Positions 1 to 10,694 of a stretch of DNA of 34,186 nucleotides are shown here, one piece after another. Numbering within the stretch: position 1 is the first letter of the stretch; every line of letters starts with the position of its first letter. The notes under the pieces were generated by a model that saw only the letters and a list, made by a program, of their open reading frames with translations, did no database searches and was not told the origin of the DNA. Source of the DNA: Chiloscyllium plagiosum (taxonomy: Eukaryota); contig NW_025213581.1 in NCBI RefSeq assembly GCF_004010195.1, forward strand, positions 1 through 34,186. The letters are read 5' to 3'. The position numbers and the translations under genes were made by a program.

Positions 1-672
1 ACCATCCCCATTCTATTCCCTGAGTAACAGACAGTATGTACCACACAATGTGTTCTGTTTGTGACATCCAGTTGCACCAGTCTCAGTCACAGCCTACGTT
101 GCCACTCCACCTGCTACCCCCTGGTAACGGCTGGTGTTCTCACATCCACTATCACCCCGAGCAATGGCGTTTGGCCCAATCTCCATACAGTTGCCCTGGC
201 AATGGCCTGATATGCCGTCCCAATCTCTGATCCCTAACACTGGCCTGAAGAACGACAACCCTCTTCTGTTCCCCCAGCACCGAAGGATTCGAGGAAGACA
301 GTAACATTGGGAGGTTATGATTGCAAGATGGAGAGAGAGTGAATGGGATTGGGGAAGGCAAAGACAGTGGAATTGAGTGTGTAAATGGGAAAGGAGAGAG
401 GAACAGTGGAGCAATGTGAAAGTGGGAGGGATATATGGAGGGAGAGTGACAGAGGGAGCAAGGTGAATTCTGCTGAGAGCCAAGTTGGAATGGGAGACCC
501 AGAAGGGAAAGTAAGGACAGAGGGAGTTAAACCCAGCTCCTGAGCTCAGGGTGTGGTCCCCTCTCCTCCCCTTCCCTGAGGACCAGGACTTGGGGCTGAG
601 TCTGTCTCTCCAGCTCAGCTTCTCCAACACAAAGACACACAACGACATCGTTCATGCTGCTGCTCGGCACGC

Positions 673-691
673 TTTAATCAACAGTTTTATT
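673..691 (-). promoter_or_regulatory. candidate polyadenylation signals of the GPR139-like pseudogene
   Basis: AATAAA (686-691) and ATTAAA (673-678) on the minus strand, about 210 bp past the stop codon. Confidence 0.45.
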
Positions 692-901
692 GTTTACAAA
701 TGGAAGTGATGGATACAGTCAGTGGGATGGTGCCTTTTCTCACAGGCCACTGAGTTGTGAGAAACATTGAAATATTTCCCTGTAAACCCCCTGTGGGATA
801 AGGATGGACAGACCAGCGCTACCGTCAGTCTGTTACCATAGCGACAGGCTGCTCCATTGCTGAAACACTGAACTGAAATGAGAAAATCCCGGATGGATTG
901 A

Positions 902-1810
902 TTAATGAAGGAATTTGATGGATGGATGAATTTGGGTGAATGGATATTTCAGACATCCTTCAGCTGCTGCCTGAACGTAGTCTGGGTCACGGCATAAATC
1001 GCGGTGTTTGTGCAGCAACTGAGGATCTGCAGCATGAAACCCAATTCCAGCACAAAGCCATGGAGACTCACAGACTCATACCCATCCACCACATCTGGTA
1101 CCCTATAGAATATAGCATTAACATTGACCATAACAGGATGAAATTGGCCGAGATCACAAACAGTAAAATGATGGATTTTCTTCGGTTTCTCGTTTCTGTG
1201 TCAGACTGAGCGTCCCCCTTGGTGTGAGCGCGGAGTCTCCTGCGGGCTCTGCTGGTCACTAAAATGTGTCTGACAGTGAGAACATTGAGCAGCAGAATCA
1301 GGAGAAATGGGACACCCGTGGTTAGAATGTGGTGGAGGGACTCGATTGTGACCCAGACACTGGAGTATAGAACAGCGAGTGTTACATCACAAAACCAGGG
1401 GTCGTTCCCCAGCCGATACCGAGCCGTGAGCATAAAATACCAGGAAATGTTCTTTAAACAGCTCAGCACAGTCACTGCTCCCAGAACCACAGCCGCCGTT
1501 TTCTCACTGCAATATTTACTTTTCAGCTTCTGGCAACAAATGGCCACAAACCGATCAAAGTTGAAAGTGATGGTGAACCAGACATAGCAGTCAGTGGCTG
1601 CATAAAGCAGGACGGCGTGGATATTACAAACGGTGACGGAGTCCCTCAGTAAATAAAACTATTGCCGACAAACATTGGGAATGTGTCTCAGGATCAGGTC
1701 GAGGATAATGACCAGGAGATCCCCCGCTGCCATGGCCCCCAGGTAACGTCTGACACGTGGAGACAATCCACAATCTTTCTAAAGCAGGACGTAGATGGTC
1801 ACTAGGTTAA
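902..1810 (-). pseudogene. GPR139-like: GPR139-like class A GPCR, large second exon (end of TM1 to C-terminus), disabled
   Basis: Acceptor tttccttcctcacAG at 1811-1812, then (V)NLVTIYVLL*KDCGLS..RYLGAMAAGDLLVII..Q*..CNIHAVLLYAATDCYVWFTITFNFDRFVAICCQKLK..RRKSIILLFVIS..LSCCTNTAIYAVTQTTFRQQLK. In-frame TAG at 1779-1781 and 1659-1661. One-base frameshifts near 1082 and near 952. Restored frame ends KYPFTQIHPSIKFLH* at 902-904. Confidence 0.9.
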
Positions 1811-2350
1811 CTGTGAGGAAGGAAAACAAACCCATTATCCATCAGCCTGGAGGCAAAGGGACCCGTTTGATCGGGGACCCAGTGAGATTTTCAAATGTGT
1901 CCCTGTATTTAGGGATTTATTAAAATAATTGGAGCTGGAATAAATAATGGGAAGGTCGGAATTACTGACAAAAATGTCACATAAACCACAAGAAACCCTC
2001 CCTTATCAAACACACAGATACACATCCACAAGGACAGATGGTTTCTAGAACATCCCCACACACTCGATCACTCGAGAGCAGACCCAGGTCACGCCTTCCC
2101 AGTTCCTAATACGGAGGGTGGAAGCGGTGCTGTCCTGAAGGATTCTCTCCCAGTTTCCTGAAGACAAACAGAATTTGGGAATTTCTGTATTTTGGTTTAA
2201 ATTGTGGTCGATCCTGTGTCGGAAAGAAATATAAACGCAGGGAAAACGTTTTCACCTCTTTAACTGCCTGAGGGGCCTTCGGAACAGTGTCTCCTTCTCC
2301 CTGGAACGGGATCTCTTCCCTCGGGACCTTATCGTTTGTTCAATTCACTG

Positions 2351-2547
2351 ACGTCCGGGGGGAATGTCAGTTATCGAATGTTGGGGATAGAATGTTCCGG
2401 GGAATGTCAGTTATAGAATGTTGGGGACAGAACGTTCCGGGGAACGTCAGTTATAGAATGTCAGGGACAGAACGTTCCGGGGAATGTCAGTTATAGAATG
2501 TCAGGGACAGAACGTTCCGAGGAAAGTCAGTTATAGAATGTTGGGGT
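2351..2547. repeat. 40-bp minisatellite, about 4.8 copies
   Basis: GGAA(T/C/A)GTCAGTTAT recurs at 2361, 2401, 2441, 2481 and 2521. Confidence 0.95.
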
Positions 2548-2549
2548 GG

Positions 2550-2690
2550 CCCTGGCCCCCTCCCATTTATTCCTCAAACTCCCGGCCCACAAGCCTCATT
2601 CCTTATAAAGCGATTATGCTCGAAACTTTCATTCCCCTGCTCCTCGGATGCTGCCTGACCTGCTGTGCTTTTCCAGCATCACACTCCCAG
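2550..2690 (+). mobile_element. Penelope-like element terminus, decayed
   Basis: ttatgctcgaaac..ctgctcctcggatgctgcctgacctgctgtgcttttccagca matches the termini at 4680-4756 and 21853-21935. The hammerhead core is eroded (cttataa..gaaa). Confidence 0.6.
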
Positions 2691-2691
2691 T

Positions 2692-3400
2692 CAGGAAACA
2701 ATCTGACACCGTCATACTCACAGGACCAGGCCTGATGGGTCATGTTTCATGAAGCGCCATCACCATCCCTGGGTATATCCTGTCCCCCGGGAGGACATAC
2801 CCACCAGTGGTGGGATACAGTTAAGGAAGGCGTTGCCCTGCAATTTCCCAACATTGATTCCAGAACCCGGGAAGGCTCATGGTAACAGGTCCCAGATATT
2901 CAAGGAAATCGCCTGAGGATGGATATCTCCTGCCCCTCACCTGTCCCTTTGGTGATAACTCAGTTCCCCATGATGTAGAAAGAAATCAGAGGAAGCACTG
3001 AGGGTGATAAGGACACAGACCGTCCTCTGGGTGTGGGACTTCAATGTCCATTACCAAGAGTGTCCCCACAGGCCCACCGCTGACTGAGCAGGGAGAGACC
3101 TCACATACACAGCAGCCAGATTGTGGAAAGTTATGAGGGAACCAACAAGAGAGAAACATTCTCACCAAACCCCTTGTCCCAGAGGGATCTGCCCCTAACA
3201 GTATCTGTAGGAACAGCCAGCACACTGTTCTGGTGAAGGGCAAGTCTCAGCCTCATATTGAAGACCCTGCCCACTGTAATATGTGGTACTTCCTCCTTTT
3301 AAGTAGGACATACTTCTAAAGGACGGAGCACATGGAAGCTGGCCATCCATGAGGTACTGTGGGCTAGCAGCAGCTGCAGCATCAATGGCCTTCCCTCCAT
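2692..3400 (+). mobile_element. CR1-clade LINE, AP endonuclease region, decayed
   Basis: Fragments across frameshifts read DTVILT, TIPGYILS and LWVWDFNVH (GDFN-like motif). Confidence 0.6.
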
Positions 3401-3439
3401 TGCAAAGTCAGAAGTGGGCTGTTCACTGATGGTTCCAAA

Positions 3440-3640
3440 ATGTTCTGCACCATTCCCAACAACACCTGTACTGAAGCAGGATATTCAGCCCACCAAGAGT
3501 TTTATACAGGAACAGAATGAGGCCATTCAGCCATTGGAGCTTGTTGCTCAGAAACTGGAGCAGATCTTTCCATCTCTCATACCTGTTACACAGGAAGTGG
3601 AAGGGAACATTCAGCCTTTCAAAACTGCTACATACGAATA
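3440..3640. repeat. degenerate 41-42 bp satellite (tacacaggaacaggaggaggccattcagccc...)
   Basis: attcagcc and acaggaa motifs recur at about 42-bp spacing; same unit as at 15200-15335 and 15973-16175. Confidence 0.6.
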
Positions 3641-3759
3641 CGGGGGGGGACGGGATACTGAGCCAAGAGCAGGGACAAATTAGGGAGCAATCAGTCTCTA
3701 TTAGTTTAACAGAAATTAACGACTGCAGTGACACAGTGACCAGTGCTGGGACCTCAATT

Positions 3760-4030
3760 ATTTGCAAACTATATAAATGGTTTCCAGAAATGGAACAAAC
3801 ATGTTCTAAATAAATTTAAACTGACGCTAAGATCGAGAGGAGCTGAGGTTATCAAGGGGAGGTAGAGAATCTGTAAATGGATAAGTAACAGACAGCAACT
3901 TGGTCGATCGAATAAAATGTGGGTAAGTGTGAACCTGTGATTTTGTTTCAGGAAGAATAACAGGCTGCGTATTACATAGATGGAGAGGGATTACAGGACT
4001 TAGTGATACCATGTGTACTGGAGGGTTCAC
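3760..4030 (+). mobile_element. CR1 LINE RT fragment, highly decayed
   Basis: Contains KFKLTLR (FADDTK-like position) and aaatgtgggtaagtgtgaa..gattttg (FNVGKCEVIHFG-like). Confidence 0.45.
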
Positions 4031-4525
4031 TCTGACTGTCCAGACATGGGAAGTGTGGCCCCATCTCTCTTATGGTCTGCTCTTTGATGTTCCCAGTGGT
4101 CCCATTACTCTCAGTGCACACCGGATATTTTGATGTGGTTGGTTTGTGTTGGGACTTGGTGAGGGAGAGGATGATTTGAGCCCTGTGCCAACGAGACAGC
4201 CTTTATCTGATTGGCCATCATTCCTTTCTCAGTGGAGACCCGAGGACAATGGGAATGGCTGGCTACTTCTGAATGAAGAGGCTGTGGCTGCTGCCAGGAC
4301 AGTGGGTATTCACCAACATGATGTACTGTGCCTAGACACACTGTAACATTAATGAAGTGAGAGACGGAGTGTCCAATCCCAACAATGGGAACTAAAGGCA
4401 TTGCCAGATCAGCTGAAATGGTTAGATTTACCACATTCTCAATGCACCTCACAGAACTAGCCCCGAGGAGATATCTGTTCACCGTGGAACACTGTGCAGA
4501 CTAGGCTAGTGTACTGCTCAGTACA

Positions 4526-4758
4526 GTGAGAAACTGCAGATGCTGTAGATCAGAGCTGTACAGTACTGCAGATGCTGGAGATCAGAGCTGAAAAATGTGT
4601 TGCGGGAAAGTGCAGCAGGTCAGGCAGCATCGAAAGAGCAGGAGAATCGACGTTTCGGGCATAAACACGAAAGACTGGCTTATGCCCGAAACGTCGATTC
4701 TCCTGCTCTTTGGATGCTGCCTGACATGCTGCGCTATTCCAGCAACACATTTTTCAAC
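4526..4758. mobile_element. fold-back Penelope-derived mini-element with 14-bp TSD
   Basis: Inverted arms 4589-4664 and 4680-4756 with a 15-nt loop. Flanked by tactgctcagtaca (4512-4525) and tactgctcagtgca (4759-4772). Confidence 0.8.
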
Positions 4759-4864
4759 TACTGCTCAGTGCAAAAAAGCAATCTGTCCAGAGTGGAACAC
4801 TATACAGATCATGTCAGAGCATTTATGTTTAAACAATCTGTCGAGTATGGGAAGCTGGGATAGA

Positions 4865-5082
4865 GACAAAAAAAACTGCAGATGATGGAATACAAAGTAG
4901 ACAGGCAGGAGGGTGGAAGGACGCAGCAAGTCAGGCAGCATCAGCATAAGGAGGTGGAGAAGTCAACGTTTCGGGAGTAACCCTTCTGCAGGAGTCCTGA
5001 AGAAGCTTTACACCGGAAATGTCAAATTCCACACCTCCTAATGCTGCCTGGCTTGCTGTGTTCCTCCACCCTCCTTTCTGTT
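4865..5082. mobile_element. second fold-back Penelope-derived mini-element
   Basis: Imperfect palindrome centred on 4994 (cttctgcagga-g-tcctgaagaag). Each arm carries CTGNAGA..GAAA(C/T)GT. Degenerate direct repeats start at 4844 and 5083. Confidence 0.7.
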
Positions 5083-5164
5083 CAGTGTGGGAAACTGTGA
5101 GACCACACCCATGCATTGAACTGGGATTAGAGATCTTTTCAGCACCGGGAGCCATGCAGTGATC

Positions 5165-5828
5165 ACCAATTTGTAACCAGGAGCAGTTACCCTCCCCTCA
5201 TTTACACCTGTGTACCCCACCCCAGGGCATTGATCTGTAATCCCGGAGCAGTTACCCTCCCAGCACGTAGAACTGTGTATCCCACCCCAGTGCATTGATC
5301 TGCAAACCAGGAGCAGTTACCTTCCCAGCATGTAGGACTGTGTACCACACCCCAGTGCATTGATCTGCAAACCAGGAGCAGTTACCCTCCCAGCATGTAG
5401 GACTGTGTACACCACCCCAGTGCATTGATCTGTTAACCAGGAGCAGTTACCCTCCCAGCATGTAGAGCTGTGCAGCCCACCCCAGCGCATTGATCTGTTA
5501 ACCAGGAGCAGTTACCCTCCCGGCATGTAGGACTGTGTACCCCACCCCAGTGCACTGATTTGAAACCCAGAGCAGTTACCCTCCCGGCATGTAGGACTGT
5601 GTACCCCACCCCAGTGCACTGATCTGAAACCCAGAGCAGTTACCCTCCCAGCATGTAGGACTGTGTAACCCACCCCAGTGCATTGATCTGTAACTCAGGA
5701 GCAGTTACCCTCACAGCATGTAGGATTGTGTACACCACCCAAGTGCATTGATCTGTAAACCAGGAGCAGTTACCATCCCAGCATGTAGAACTGTGTACCC
5801 CACCCCAGTGTATTGATCTGTAACCCTG
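5165..5828. repeat. 64-65 bp minisatellite, about 10 copies
   Basis: GAGCAGTTACC starts at 5181, 5246, 5311, 5376, 5441, 5506, 5570, 5634, 5699 and 5764. Confidence 0.97.
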
Positions 5829-6872
5829 TGTTAGTTCCCTGTCCAGCGTGGGGAAATGTGCAGCCCATGCTGGAAGTGACAGGATGTGATGTTCCCTTTC
5901 ATTTACAGCTCCATATCTCAATTGTGGCATGACAAGGGGTTGTTGTGGGTGAGAACATCACTGCTAGAGAGAGATGGCAAGGGAATCAGTTTAAATATCA
6001 ACACATGGGAGGGGTATGGGATATAGACAGAGAGGAGGAGACTGAGAGACAGTGTCATGGAAGGATGTGTTCCCAGGTTTCAGAATGCTGAAACGTAGAC
6101 ACTTGAATAGCATCCTGTAACATGAGCCAAACTTCCCAGGAAAGATGGGAAAAAGGATTATTGGTGTGAAGTCAGATGAGCATTTGTTCTGCATCTATTT
6201 AACTGGAACTGGTTTCAACACAATCTATGACTTCTTGGGCAGTTTCTAACAATAATTTGTCTCAGTGACATTTTCATTGAGTCTGACAGAGGGATTATCT
6301 GCTGACGCTGAGCTCGTTTCCTGGTGCTATCTTATCGGACTGACCTCATTAACTACCCACCTCACCCCATGGTGGCCCTCATTCAATACCAGCCCGATTC
6401 CCCCACCCATCATGGCTGTAGGTACACACCATCGCCAGGATGCCACTGGATATTCCGTGAGCCCTGACACAGTTGGCATCTTTAAAAGGCCAATGGGCAC
6501 ACGGTTGAGCTTTCTCCGTTAGGAGCTGCTCTGCACAGTTTACCCTGAGCTTGGCAGATAAGGGGCAATTACACCACAGTTTGTCGACAGGGGCACGGTG
6601 ATCCTGGTACAGAGGGGTACCATTCTCTTCCCAGAGAGGGGCACACCACCAGACCCACCGAGCATGGTCTGAGCTCACCATCCAGCTCAGTGCAGTATCT
6701 GCAGTCTGAAGAAATGCCCGGCAATACAGGACAGGCATCAATAACCTTCCCTGTTCTGTCAGGGTAAGGGTCACTGTATTCTCTCTGCTCCCTCACACTC
6801 ACGGTATATCTGGTATAGCACCAATCCCCAAACAAGGCTCATGCTCCACCACACTCGCTACTGCATGCAGCA

Positions 6873-6975
6873 CCTTCTCTCTGTCTCTGTCTCTGTCTCT
6901 CTCCCTCCCCGACTCTCTCTCCCCCTTCCCTCTCTGTCTGTCTCTCACCCCTCTCTCTCACTCTCTCTCCCTCCA
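6873..6975. repeat. CT-rich compound microsatellite
   Basis: (CTCTGT)n and (CT)n pyrimidine tract. Confidence 0.9.
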
Positions 6976-7515
6976 CTTTACCTCTCACACCGATAACACC
7001 ACCTGGATACAACACTGTGGACTGACTCCCCCCGGATACCTCACCAAATCTCCCGCCACCCCCACTTATACCAGTACAAAAAGCAGGGCCACACACTCAC
7101 ACCCTCCCTCCCTCCCTCCCTTTCTCCCATTCCAGGAGAAACAGCCTGGAATAGGACAGAAAGTGCCAAGCCGGGTGGTGGAGTGCCCGATTATCCCTTC
7201 CCTCACCACCCCCGCCCCCCGCGATGTGGGGAGGACCCTGGTACGAGTCGGAGAGGACAGGGACGCCCCGTGTGCAGATTCTGAAGCATCCACGTCCCAC
7301 CGACTGAATGAGGAGCAATGTTCAGTGAAGGGCAATTCTCACTTTAAACCCACTGGCAGTTCCGCTTCGCCCCGGCACAACTTAGAAGCCGTGGCCCTGA
7401 TGCCATCTCCCTTTTGTGTCGAGCTGGTACAAATGGAATCCCCACGGTCTCGGTGGGCGCGAGTGTGGGTTTACAACACACCACAGCACAGAGGCTCCCT
7501 TCCTGGGATATGGTG

Positions 7516-7840
7516 TGCGGTACGGTGGCACAGTGGTTAGCACTGCTGCCTCACAGCGCCTGAGACCCGGGTTCAATTCCCGCCTCAGGCGACAGACTAT
7601 GTGGAGTTTGCACATTCTCCCTGTGTCTGCGTGGGTTTCCTCCAGGTGCTCCGGTTTCCTCCCACAGTCCAAAGATGTGCAGGTCAGGTGAATTGGCCAT
7701 GCAAAATTGCCCGAAGTGTTAGGTAAGGGGTAAATGTAGGAGTAGGGGTATGGGTGGGTTGCGCTTCGGCGGGTGGGAGCGGACGTGTTGGGCCGAAGGG
7801 CCTGTTTCCACACTGTAATGTAATGTAATCTAATCTAATC
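7516..7840 (+). mobile_element. HE1-type V-SINE (tRNA-derived), near full length
   Basis: A box TGGCACAGTGG (7527), B box GGTTCAATTCC (7570), V domain ggagtttgcacattctccctgtgtctgcgtgggtttcctcc, CR1-like tail gggcctgtttccacactgt followed by (taatg/taatc)n. Confidence 0.92.
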
Positions 7841-7989
7841 TCCTACACCTCCCCCTGTAAACAGCTCAGATACTGAAACTAATCTGTGAGAGTTACTGCT
7901 CTCCTCACTTGTCATGGCATCTTCAATAATCAGTGCTCATATATACACAACGCTCTCTGCTCCTGAAACCCGTTTATAACGTTAAGGCC

Positions 7990-8200
7990 TGTTTTGTTTT
8001 GTCTTTCATTGTCATTCCTACCAAAGTGCATCACCTCCTACTGCTCTGCATTGATCCCCATCTGACCGAAAACTACACCAACGTGTTATTGTCATGTTAG
8101 AGTTCCACACTGACCTCCATAGACTTCACAGTTATTCCAGGTTCGGTGCCATCTGCAAGCATTGAGATTGTGATAGCATCACACTTACCGTGAAATAACT
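7990..8200 (-). mobile_element. CR1 LINE RT fragment
   Basis: Reverse strand reads LQMAPNL (FADDTK-like position) and atcaatgcagag..gtgatgcactttggtagga (NAE.EVMHFGR). Confidence 0.5.
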
Positions 8201-8401
8201 GAAATCCTGTCCCACACATACGAGTGTGAGCAAGTGAAATACTGCTATATTCCCACGGACAGAGTCGAATAATGACATACTGTCAACAGACCAACAAAAC
8301 TCCTGACACACACCAGGCACAATGAATGACACATTGACAAACCATTGGGCAAGAGAAATCCGGATAGGCTTTGCTGATCTGTATTGACATCATGGTATTA
8401 A

Positions 8402-9156
8402 TGTGATGAAGTTGAAAGTGTGTACTGTACCTTTAAGAGAGAGTGAATACTGTTCTGAACTGAGAGCTTCCAAGCTCCTGTGTATATGAGAGGATGGCAG
8501 ACACAGAGTGTCAAGGACAAATGAAAATATGTCACATTTGGCTGTGAAATAGATCCCTGAGTTGGTTGCTCTTTCGACAACAATTGGAATTTTACCAATC
8601 CGTTTAACTTATGCCCCAGGACACTAAAATCAAATCAAGTTTGAATTTAGTGGTTGTCGATAAATGATCCGATGTTGTGGATATTCAGAAAGCAAGCATT
8701 TTGAAAATTGCAAACAGAGCAAATGCCATCAATACAGATCCAAGAAATTGGAAAACAATCTCTATCAAAGGTACCTTTTCATATGAAACATATTCACACG
8801 AAAACGAAAGAAGATAACCCAAGGAGATTAACAGCCAAAGGCAAACACCGTAAACAACAGCTGCTGTGTGGTTTTGAAATTAAGTTGATGTAATTTCAAT
8901 AAGTGTCTTATTGAAATAGTATATTGCTATAGAGTTGGAGTTGGGTAATAGGCAGTTAAGCGATTGGGGGTCTCAGAATTGTGAATAGTTGATGCAAAAT
9001 GTTCACTTTCAGTGTTAAAAAATAAATTAATGTTTTTATTTAAACTGGAATTTGGGAGTTCTTTGTCACTCAGATTTTAACAGTTTATGAGGTAAATTGA
9101 GCTTTTCTTGACGTTTAGTTTAAGTTACCAGATAAGCTTCATGCCGTGTCCTATCA
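8402..9156 (+). mobile_element. solo LTR related to the Gmr1-type element at 19560-24165
   Basis: Starts TGTGATG and ends near ctatCA, with AATAAA at 9021. Its 3' 110 bp (gaatttgggagttctttgtcactca..ttaacag..tgagcttttct) aligns to the reverse complement of 23486-23595. No convincing TSD. Confidence 0.65.
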
Positions 9157-9349
9157 ATCACTGTGTGTGTATCTGTGTGCCTGTGTGGGGCAGGTCTAGC
9201 AGTCTCTGTGGTGCTTAAAGAGATGCAATACCACCCTCTGCTGTCCTCCACAGGCCACTGCACAGGCATTGGCAGAGGGTGAAAACCAACAAGTATGCAT
9301 TCAGAGAGGGGGAGGGAGAGGGCAGCTGCTCTCACCACCATCCAAACTG

Positions 9350-10185
9350 ATGTCTTATCCATGTACTGATCTAAATGTCCTTCAAATGTTATAGCTGTCC
9401 ATGCTTTCACCACTTCCTCTGGAAGTTCATTCCACACACAAGGCAGATTCTGTCTAAAATATTGACCTCTCACGACTTTTGTAAATCTTTTTCCTCGCAC
9501 CTTAAAATATCCCTCAGTTTTGAATCACCAAATCGGGGGAAAAGACATCAGCCCTTCAGCTAATCTGTACCCCTCATTATTTTATAAACCTCTGTAAAGT
9601 TACCCCTTAATTTCATACTCTCTAGTGAAAAAAGTCTCAGTCTACCCAGCCTCTCCTTCTCGCTCAATCCCTCCATTCCCAGCAACATCCAGGTTAATCT
9701 CATCTGAACCCTCTCCAGCTTAATAATATCAAGTTCAGTGATATCAAAGTGAATAGTCAAGGTATTATCTTAGGGTAGGGGGAGACCAAAACTAGAGGGC
9801 AGAGGCTTAAGGTGAGAGGGGAATCATTTAAAAGTGACCTATGGAGCAGCTTTTTCACCCAGAGGGTGGTGCGCCTATGGAATGAGTGGACAGGGTGACC
9901 AGACTGGACACAGTATTCCAGAAGGGGCCTCACCAATGTCCTGTACAACCTCAACATGACGCCCCAATTCTAATACTCAAAGGTCTGACCATTAAACACC
10001 TTCTTAACCACACTATCTATATGAGATGCATATTTTAAAGAATTATACCTGACGGCCGAAGTCTCTGTTCTTCAACACTGCCAAAGGCCCTATGTTTAAT
10101 TGTTTTGGGGCCTGCTCTCGTTTGATTTACCAAATCTAATATCTCGCATTAATCCAAATTAAACTCCATCTGCCACTCTTCAGCC
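9350..10185 (-). mobile_element. CR1 LINE ORF2 C-terminal region, decayed
   Basis: MLRLYRTLVRPLLEYCVQ, LERVQMRLTWMLLGMEGLSEKERLGRLRLFSLE..LRG..TEVYKIMRG and VWNELPEEVV..F..HLD.YM. Confidence 0.9.
9758..9887 (+). mobile_element. short CR1 3' fragment nested in the opposite orientation
   Basis: Reads VGETKTRGQRLKVRGESFKSDLWSSFFTQRVVRLWNE on the plus strand inside a minus-strand CR1. Confidence 0.75.
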
Positions 10186-10694
10186 CAGTGAGTGGTATTA
10201 CCACCTCCTCACCTTCCCCGTTTAATTTTAAAATGTCCATTCCCTCTCCAGGAGGCCTGCACACTCCGGCCTTGATTTTCACAAAGGCTCTGAACTTGGT
10301 TTGCCTTGTGTGGTGGAAGGTGGGACGGATTGCAGACACAGTTAGTGGGGAGGAAATGCTGGCCAGTAGTCAGCAGCCTGCTATCATTTCATGGTTTTAG
10401 GCAGAGGGCAGACACACGTGAGTGTTGGTTAATACTGATCGGTGTTTTGGGACCAGAAATTATGGTCTTTCTCCGTCTCTGGTGTTCAGTAATAAATATC
10501 GTTTTGGGACCCTTCATTGGGCAGAGTATGTCTGCAGGATTTCTTTCCCTAATATTGCAGACTTCAGTTAATAGCGATTAAAGATGTTCATAGTTAATTT
10601 CGATCTTGCACATGTTTAACAAAACAATTAACCTGATTATAATAAATCCACACCAAGCTGAAAGCTGGCCCTTAAAATGTGACCCAAAACCTGG

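Noticed and set aside
94..648. 184-aa minus-strand ORF
   Set aside because: It translates a purine/pyrimidine-skewed low-complexity tract downstream of the pseudogene poly(A) signal and has no recognisable domain.
4040..4490. possible LINE or coding fragment (ORFs 4111-4482 and 4146-4346)
   Set aside because: No motif I can name in any frame.
5165..5828. CRISPR-like regular repeat
   Set aside because: Whole units are repeated with no unique spacers, no cas genes are present and the context is vertebrate. The same applies to 2351-2547.
6400..6780. possible PIF/Harbinger transposase remnant on the minus strand
   Set aside because: Only a faint nucleotide resemblance (ccaactgtgt..cac..ccagtggc); no catalytic motif or TIR found.
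7516..7590. tRNA gene
   Set aside because: The A and B boxes run straight into a V domain and a LINE tail, so this is a SINE head.
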